Positions 57,023 through 64,000 of a DNA stretch of 64,000 nucleotides are shown in pieces. The stretch lies in assembly GCF_009914755.1 (NCBI RefSeq), contig NC_060927.1. One strand, 5' to 3'. Both the position numbers and the translations under genes were made by a program. The notes under the pieces are model-generated. The model was given only the letters and a program-made list of their open reading frames with translations, was not told where the DNA came from and did not search any database. Within the stretch, counting starts at the first letter, position 1. Each line of letters starts with the position of its first letter. This stretch comes from the human T2T-CHM13v2.0 reference genome, Homo sapiens.

Positions 57023-58804
57023 TTAAAATTGAGGTTCAAAAGGAAGTTGTAATGGTTTCAAAACAATTGAGATCAGGGATCTCTAAATGGGGCTTTGAGG
57101 CACCGGGAAACATACCCTTACCCTAACCTGCAAATGGGACTCTGAGAATGTAAATGCTTAGGTCAAGTTACCAACTAAATAACAAAGGCTAAGCCCAGAT
57201 ATCAGTTCTATAATTTGAGGTGCCCCCACCATTATTTTCTCTTGATCCTCAAGTTTCTTACTCTTTTTACTCATTTCAATATTGTCCAGCTGTAGATGAA
57301 TTCTATTTTTAGAAGTTAGTGTGGTTACATTTAAACCTAATTTTCAAACTGACTTGCTTGAGATCCAAAGCACATTTTTAAGCGTCAGAGCTCTAGGAAC
57401 AGAAAATAGCATCCCTGGGATGACAGGAAGGATGCCCTGTGCCTGGAGGAGGTCTCTCTCCAGGATTCAGCACACCGTGGAGCTGTGGGAAGTGTGTTAT
57501 CTCTGTCATGAGAGAGAAAGGAGTGGCTGGCTCAGCAAGATTAGAGCCTCTCTCTGGATTGTTCCTCAGAACCAGAAGAACTGTGTGGAGTGGCAGCAAC
57601 TGGAGGAAGCAGAATGTCCCCGAGCAAGGTGACTGGTTTTACTTAATGGAAAACTGAATGTTAAAGTAGCTAATAACACTAACTGCTTTCTTTTTAGTTG
57701 TTCTCATTTATTCTTTTCTAAAAATCTGTATTTCCATTCCTTTATTTTTTCTAACAGTCTCCTACTGTTCTCAAATACAACGTCTATTTTCTCCTTATCG
57801 CATGTCTTTAGTTGATGAAAGAGGGTAATACCCTGGCTTCATGCTCATATTTATCAAGCATTTCTGGAGCAGCTCCTACATTCCAAACTCTAAATTGAGT
57901 GTTGAAAGGTGGGACAGTGAACAAAACAGACCCAAACTTGATGGCAGAACCCATGGACTAGCCTGCCCCACAGGGTCTGGTGGAAGATATGCTCCACTGA
58001 ACTGACAAAAATACACAACTATATGACTTACAAATGAGCAAACAACCTATCCATGCTTGGAGAGTCCAGAAGCCTTCCTGGAGTTGGTGACATCGAAGTG
58101 GAGAGTGACAGATGAAAATGGCGTGAAGCAAACAAGGGAAGGGTTTTCCAAGCCAAGAAAGCAGAGTGAATGAAGTCAGGTTCAACCATGTTGGCTTTTT
58201 TGTTTATTATTGTCTACCTGCTTGTGTATGGCTTTAAGATGGTAGATACAAATTCTTAAATCTTTGTACAAAAGGGGCAAGGAAGTTGGAATGAGCCGTT
58301 GGGTATTAGCTGTGTAAATCTCTATTTTTCCTTCTGCATGTGGCCACATGCTACTTCAATGTTATGTTCTTTTCTCATTTTTTTGCACTATTTACACACA
58401 GAAAAAAATCATTTTGGCCAACAATGTTTATTTAAGATCAACTTGATACTCACTGATGCTCTAATATGTGCCTTTAACAAAAGCCTCCTGAAGCAAAACT
58501 CACGCAGTAAACCGTCTTTGTTATCTATCACTTCTAGATCCAAGAAGTGTCATCAGTGCATCAAAGCCAGGAAGCAGATAGAAAATCAGGTTTAGAAATC
58601 CAAGATCAAGACAGTGACAGGTCAAGTTCAGGAGAGGTGGAGGAGTCAGAGAGCAGGAGCATAATTAGAGCATAATTGAAACCCAAGGTGACCTCTGCCT
58701 TAAACAGGATTTGAGGACAGCCCCTGTAATTGGATTCAGGGGTCTACACAACTCTAAGTTTACGAGAAACCTCATAGAGTGAACCTTGGGAATACAGGAA
58801 CCCC

Positions 58805-59310
58805 AACATATATTCACTCATGTGTGCACCCCCCAAAAAGCACAAGAATATTTACAGGAACACTATAAAATCCCCATATGGGAAACAGTAGAATGGGTAA
58901 ATTGTGGGTTTTTTACACAGTGAAATACAATTCTGCAATGTGAATAGACTTACAACACAACTACATTTGAAAATGACACTGAATCTTACAAATATAATGA
59001 TATGGGGAGGGAACCACACATAAAAGGCACATATTTTTATGAATTGTGCCTTTTGGTCTCATTTTTATGAAGTTTAAGAACAAGCAAAAGTAATTTAGGG
59101 TATTAGAAGTTCTGACAGCTGTTTCCCTTGTACAGGGCAAATGGGTAGTGTCTGGAGGGAACACAGGAGTGGCAGGGATTCTGGAGTGCGAATAATCTGG
59201 TTTTTGATCTGGGTGCTGTTTATAACAGTATGTTCAACTTGTGGAAATGCAATAAGTAATACACTTAATTTTGTACTTTTGTATATAATGCTATACTTTA
59301 GTTAAGGTTT
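58805..59310 (+). mobile_element. L1ME3-type 3' end
   Basis: cagtagaatgggtaaattgtgg...cacagtgaaatac...gaatcttacaaatataatg...aagtttaagaacaagcaaaagtaattt...ttgatctgggtgctg...cagtatgttcaacttgtgg. Confidence 0.7.
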
Positions 59311-59654
59311 GGGGAGAAAATAGGAATATAGATAGACCTCTGGGATGACTGGGGATGTTGAAAAATACACTTTGAAAATTGTTTGAAAAATACTGACCTA
59401 AAAATTCATCAAACTGTGTTCAGCAACTTTAAATGACTGCGAAGAAAATTTGGGTAACCTGTTGAGAAGAATCAGGACTCTGAGCTTTCATTAGCTGAAC
59501 TCTGTTTAACTCCACTTAGAGCCTACATGCCCACTCAAGTTTTTCAGGGGATAAGTCCTTGTTGCTTGCTACAACTACTTACTAGTCACCATCATTTGGC
59601 TGATCATTTGCATCTCACATAGATAACTTTTTTTTTCCTGAGGAATGGTTCGTC

Positions 59655-59853
59655 ACATCTGTGGATAGCAACAAATCATACATGAACAAATTTTACTTTA
59701 TGTTAATTGTAAGAGACAGTTTTACTGGATTCTGTGAAATAAACCAGTATATGGGTTTAACTGTCTAACTACTTATATAAACATTTCATCATCTAGGTAC
59801 GTATCTGTCCCTCTTCTAACATTTATTAAAAATGTTTAAGTTCCCTGTTAATG
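59655..59853 (+). repeat. Copy 1 of a 199-bp local direct repeat
   Basis: Aligns without gaps to 60696-60894, with 20 mismatches by manual count. Confidence 0.95.
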
Positions 59854-60229
59854 AGCACTGAGTTTTAATTTGTGCTCAAGATCACTTTGTCTAATAACAT
59901 TTACCTTAGCGGGATATTACTGGTGTAATCAATTAAATATTTTCTAAATAATGGGAATTACAAGCACACAAACATCTACTGGGCAAGATGGGTGAAGAGT
60001 AAAGGCAGTAGTGAGAAACAAGTGTAAGCCAGTTAATTCAGTTTCAGCTTGTAAGTTTTCAGTGTTTAGATTTAAAACCAAAAAATCCAAAATCTGAATT
60101 ACCTAATTTTCTGATTAAATTTAGAAAATTAAAATTGTCAATGAACTTAAAAATTTTTAACTTTGTATAAGCCTAACAAACCATATCTATAGGCAGGATT
60201 CAGTTCACACATTGTCAGTCTGAGCCTTC

Positions 60230-60400
60230 CACAAGCATGATTTTAATCACTCTTCACAAATGTCCTATGAGGTGGGCATTGTACAGAGAAGGAAACCGAG
60301 GCGCATAGAAAGTGTAGCGTATTGGTCAAGTTCACACAGCTAAGAAGAGCCAAGCTAGAGTAAAGTCCAAGTCTAATTATCAAAATTACTATTCATTTCC
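60230..60400 (-). mobile_element. MIR SINE
   Basis: ttttaatcactcttcacaaatgtcctatgaggtgggcatt...cagagaaggaaaccgaggcgcatagaaag...ggtcaagttcacacagctaag. Confidence 0.75.
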
Positions 60401-60695
60401 CCAATGAGAAAAAAGCCTCACTGCATATCACTATGCTGGGATTAACAATCAAATTATGGTTTTTTACTTACAGGTATGATGGGAAAAAAGATGGAGGAAA
60501 TATTTGCATTATTTGCTAAGGAATTTTTTCTTTTGGAAATTGGCTTAAAATTCTGTACTACAGAGAGTATATACCACTCAGTATTGGATTCATCTTTCTT
60601 TTTCTGGCAATAATATTCATTATAAGACACAAGAAATAAACCAATCACCTTATCTTAGACTATCCAAAGACTACAAAGGGACTTGTCTTAAAATT

Positions 60696-60894
60696 ACATG
60701 TGTGGATGGCAACAACTCATACATTTCCAAATTTTAGTTTATGTTAATTGTAAGAGTTGGTTTTACTGGATTTTGTGAAATAAACCAGTATTTGGGTTTA
60801 ACTGTCTAACTACTTACATAAACATTTCATCATCTAGGTACATATCTGTGCCTCTCCTATCGTTTAGTAAAAATGTTTAAATTCCCTGTTAATG
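60696..60894 (+). repeat. Copy 2 of the 199-bp local direct repeat
   Basis: Aligns without gaps to 59655-59853, offset 1041 bp. Confidence 0.95.
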
Positions 60895-61854
60895 TCTTCT
60901 AATGGAATGGATCTATGGAGGGTGAGGATTCCACCTTTTTGGTTTTGATTGCAGCAAGCTTTTTGAATGTTTATCTTCAGTATATTTTTCCAGATAATTA
61001 ATTAATTCAATTTCAGTGAGACCATCCATGCTTATATCTATTTTGTTGTAATCCTTTCTCTTTTTTGACAAACGAATAAAAAAAACTTATTAGGAGAACA
61101 AAAACATAGAATTGCTAGGAACTGTTCATGTATGTCCCAAACTGATATTAAAATAGATTTTGGCTTTGAAAAAATGTAAAACTATTTGTAAATACAAGTA
61201 AGCAGGGTTGATGGATTACATGTGAGAAGAAAAGATGGTCAATTTATTTCAAAATTATTTTTTAAGTTTTTATTTTCTCTCTAAATGGAAGGGAGTAAGC
61301 CACACCTGGGGTGTTTCACCTTCTGTATTGCAGAACCAGGACCAGGCTTTGATTGCCTCTAAATAACATGAGGGTTTGTTTTGTTTTGTTTAACATGAAA
61401 TGCTCATTTGTGGCTGTAAATACTTCAGTTATAACTTTGCATTTGTTAGGCTATTTGGTTAACGCGTATAAAAAAGCAGGATATATATTAACATCATTAT
61501 CCAGATGTTCAGTATACAGCAAATTGCATGGAATTGTGTTGACTGTGAATTAATTTTCAAATCTTACTAGCCAGTGAAATGTTGTTTAGTCCTTTCTTTT
61601 GGTTTACTTCTTATTCTGTTCAACTTTTCATAAGTACTTTCATAAAGACCTTGCCGCATACACTATTTTTCATCCCAGGATGATGCCTCAGGCCTTGACA
61701 TCAAACCAAGAATGTTAATTATGTTCCTTTCAAACTGTTTACTGCATGTATTGGCTTAGACTTGAGCATAAACATATTTATTAAGAGTATGGCTTCACCT
61801 TTTATTCTAGACATTCTATAGTTTCATGGAATATCAGGCACTTAAAAGAGAAAA

Positions 61855-64000
61855 AAATAAGCACATCATGGAGAATGGGGTATCCATCCCTTCAAGCATT
61901 TATGCTTTGAGTTACAAACAGTCCAATTATATCCTTTAAGTTATTTAAAAATATACAATTAAGTTATTATTGATAATAACTTATAGCATAATATTATAGT
62001 CACCATATCATGCTATAAAATAGTATGTCTTATTCATTCTTTCTATTTTTTTTTGGTACCCATTAACCATCCCCACCTCCCCCTCAACCCCCAGCTACCC
62101 ATCCCAGCCTCTGGTTACCATTTTTCTACTCTCTGTCTCCACAAGTTCAATTGTTTTAAATTTTAGCTCCCACAAATAAGTGAGAACGTGCAAAGTTTAT
62201 CTTTCTGTGCCTGCCTTATTTCACCTAACATAATTATCTTCAGTTCTATCCATGTTGTTTCAAATGACAGGATCCCATTCTTTTTATGGCTGAATAGTAA
62301 TCCATTACGTATGTGTACCACATTTTCTTTACCCATTCATCTGTTGATGGACACTTAGGTTGCTTCCAAATCTTGATTACTGTAAATAGTGCTGTGCTTA
62401 TGGGGTATCACTCAAGAAATCTTTGCCCAGAACAATGTCCTGGAGATTTTCTCCCAAAGTTTTCTTGTAGTAGTTTCACAGATTGAAGACTTAGATTTAA
62501 GTCTTCAGTCAATTTTGATTTTATTTTTGTATATGGTGAGAGATAGGATCCAGTTTCATTATTCTGCATATGGCTATCCAGTTTTCCCAGCAACTGGGAA
62601 AGACTATCTTTATTGAAAAGACTATCTTTCCCTCAGTGTATGTTCTTGGCAACTTTGTGGAAAATGAGTTCACTATAGATATATGAATTTGTTTCTGGGT
62701 TCTCTATTCTGTTTCATTGGTCAATATGTCTGTTTTTATGCCAGTAACATGATGTTTTGGTTACTATTCTTCTGTAGTACAACTTGAAGTCAGGTAATGC
62801 GATTCCTCTAGTTTTATTCTTTCTCCTCAGGATAGCTTTGGCTATTCTGGGTCTTTTTTGGTTCCATATAAATTTTAGCATTGTTATTTCTATTTCTGTG
62901 AAGAATGCCATTGGTATTTTCATAGAGATTGCATTGAATCTGTAGATTTCTTTGGGTAGTATGGACATTTTAACAATATTCATTCTTTCAATTCATGAAC
63001 ATGGAATATTTTTCTCTTTTTTTCTGTGTCCTCTTCAATTTCTTTCATCAATGTTTTATAGTTGCCATTGTAGAGATTTTTCACTTCTTTGGTTAAGTTA
63101 ATTCCTATGTATTTTATTTTATTTGTAACTATCATAAATGGGATTACTGTTCAGATTCTTTGCTGTTGGCATATAGAAATGCTATTGATTTTGTATGTTA
63201 ATTTTGTATTCTATAACTTTTGAACTTAGGAATTCTAATAGTTTTCTTGTGGAGTCTGCAGGTTTTTCAAAATATAAGATCATATCATCTGCAAACAAAG
63301 ATAATTTGAGTTCTTCCTTTCAAATTTGAATATTTTTTATTTCTTTCTCTCTCCTGATTGCTCTAGCTAGGACTTCCAATATTATGTTAAATAACAGTGG
63401 TGACAGTGAGAATCCCTGTCATACTCCAGATCTTAGAGGAAAGGCTTTCAGTTTTTCCTCATTAGTATGATACCAGCTATGGGTTTGTCATATATGACTT
63501 TTATTATGTTGAGGTATGTTCCTTCTATCCCCAGTTTTTTAAAGGCTTTTTACCATGAAGGGATGTTGAATTTTATCAAATGCTTTTTCGGTATCAACTG
63601 AAATGATCATATGTTTTTTGCCCTCCATTCTGTTGATACAATGTATCACATTGATTGATTTGTGTATGTTGAACCATTCTTGCATCCCTGGGTTAATCTC
63701 ACTTGCCCATGGTGAATGATCTTTTTAATGTGCTGTTGAAGTCAGTTTGCTAGTATTTTGTTGAGGACTTTTTCATCAACATTAATCAGTGATATTGGCC
63801 TGTAGTTTTCTCCTTTTTTGATGTGTCTTTGTCACATTTTGGTATCAGGGTAATGTAGCCTCATAGAATGAGGTTGGAAGTATTCCGTCCTCATCTATTT
63901 TTTGAAATAGTTTGAGTAGGATTGGTATATATTTATTCTTTAAATGCTCAGTAGAATTCAGCAGAGAAGCCATAGGGTCCTGGGCTTTTCTTTACTTGGA
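61855..64000 (-). mobile_element. L1MA1/2-type LINE-1 running off the window end; lacks its extreme 3' end and has an internal deletion
   Basis: Starts aaataagcacatcatggagaatggggtatcc, the same UTR as 56860. ORF 62714-62983 ([23 protein letters not shown]) is L1 ORF2. Antisense RT DNA continues to 64000. Confidence 0.92.

Noticed and set aside
59655-60894. Direct repeats as LTRs of a small retroelement or a CRISPR-like array
   Set aside because: There are only two long copies, with no TG...CA, PBS, PPT or TSD. The spacer contains an old MIR and the context is eukaryotic.

Overview
This is AT-rich, repeat-dense primate genomic DNA, intergenic or deep intronic. An L1PA2/3-type insertion points to a hominoid, probably human or great ape. 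I can support no host protein-coding gene, tRNA, rRNA, snRNA or CRISPR array. Every ORF in the track with a recognisable product is a LINE-1 ORF2 remnant; the rest are short chance ORFs. The window is a layered transposon record: ancient MIR/L2/L3, L1ME/L1MC/L1MA, hAT elements (MER63 with a perfect 8-bp TSD, MER5A, MER33, MER58B, MER20), MaLR/ERVL/ERV1 solo LTRs (MLT1, MLT2, LTR16-like, PABL_A-like, LTR2C-like), L1PA elements of several ages, and only one partial Alu. The most interesting sequence-level observations are: (1) a TSD-flanked, poly(A)-tailed, non-L1 insert of about 320 bp (orphan transduction or retrocopy candidate, 43363-43707); (2) a tiny L1PA6-type insertion with a 3'-transduced tag and a 16-bp TSD inside MER58B; (3) a 5'-inverted L1PA5 in an Alu that lacks its right arm and TSDs; (4) a textbook twin-primed L1PA2/3; (5) an unexplained 199-bp, 90%-identical direct repeat with copies 1041 bp apart; (6) fold-back templated insertions in an L1MA copy. 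I found no evidence of a novel gene-encoded system. Repeat subfamily names come from recalled consensus sequences and need RepeatMasker/Dfam confirmation. Boundaries without TSDs are approximate.
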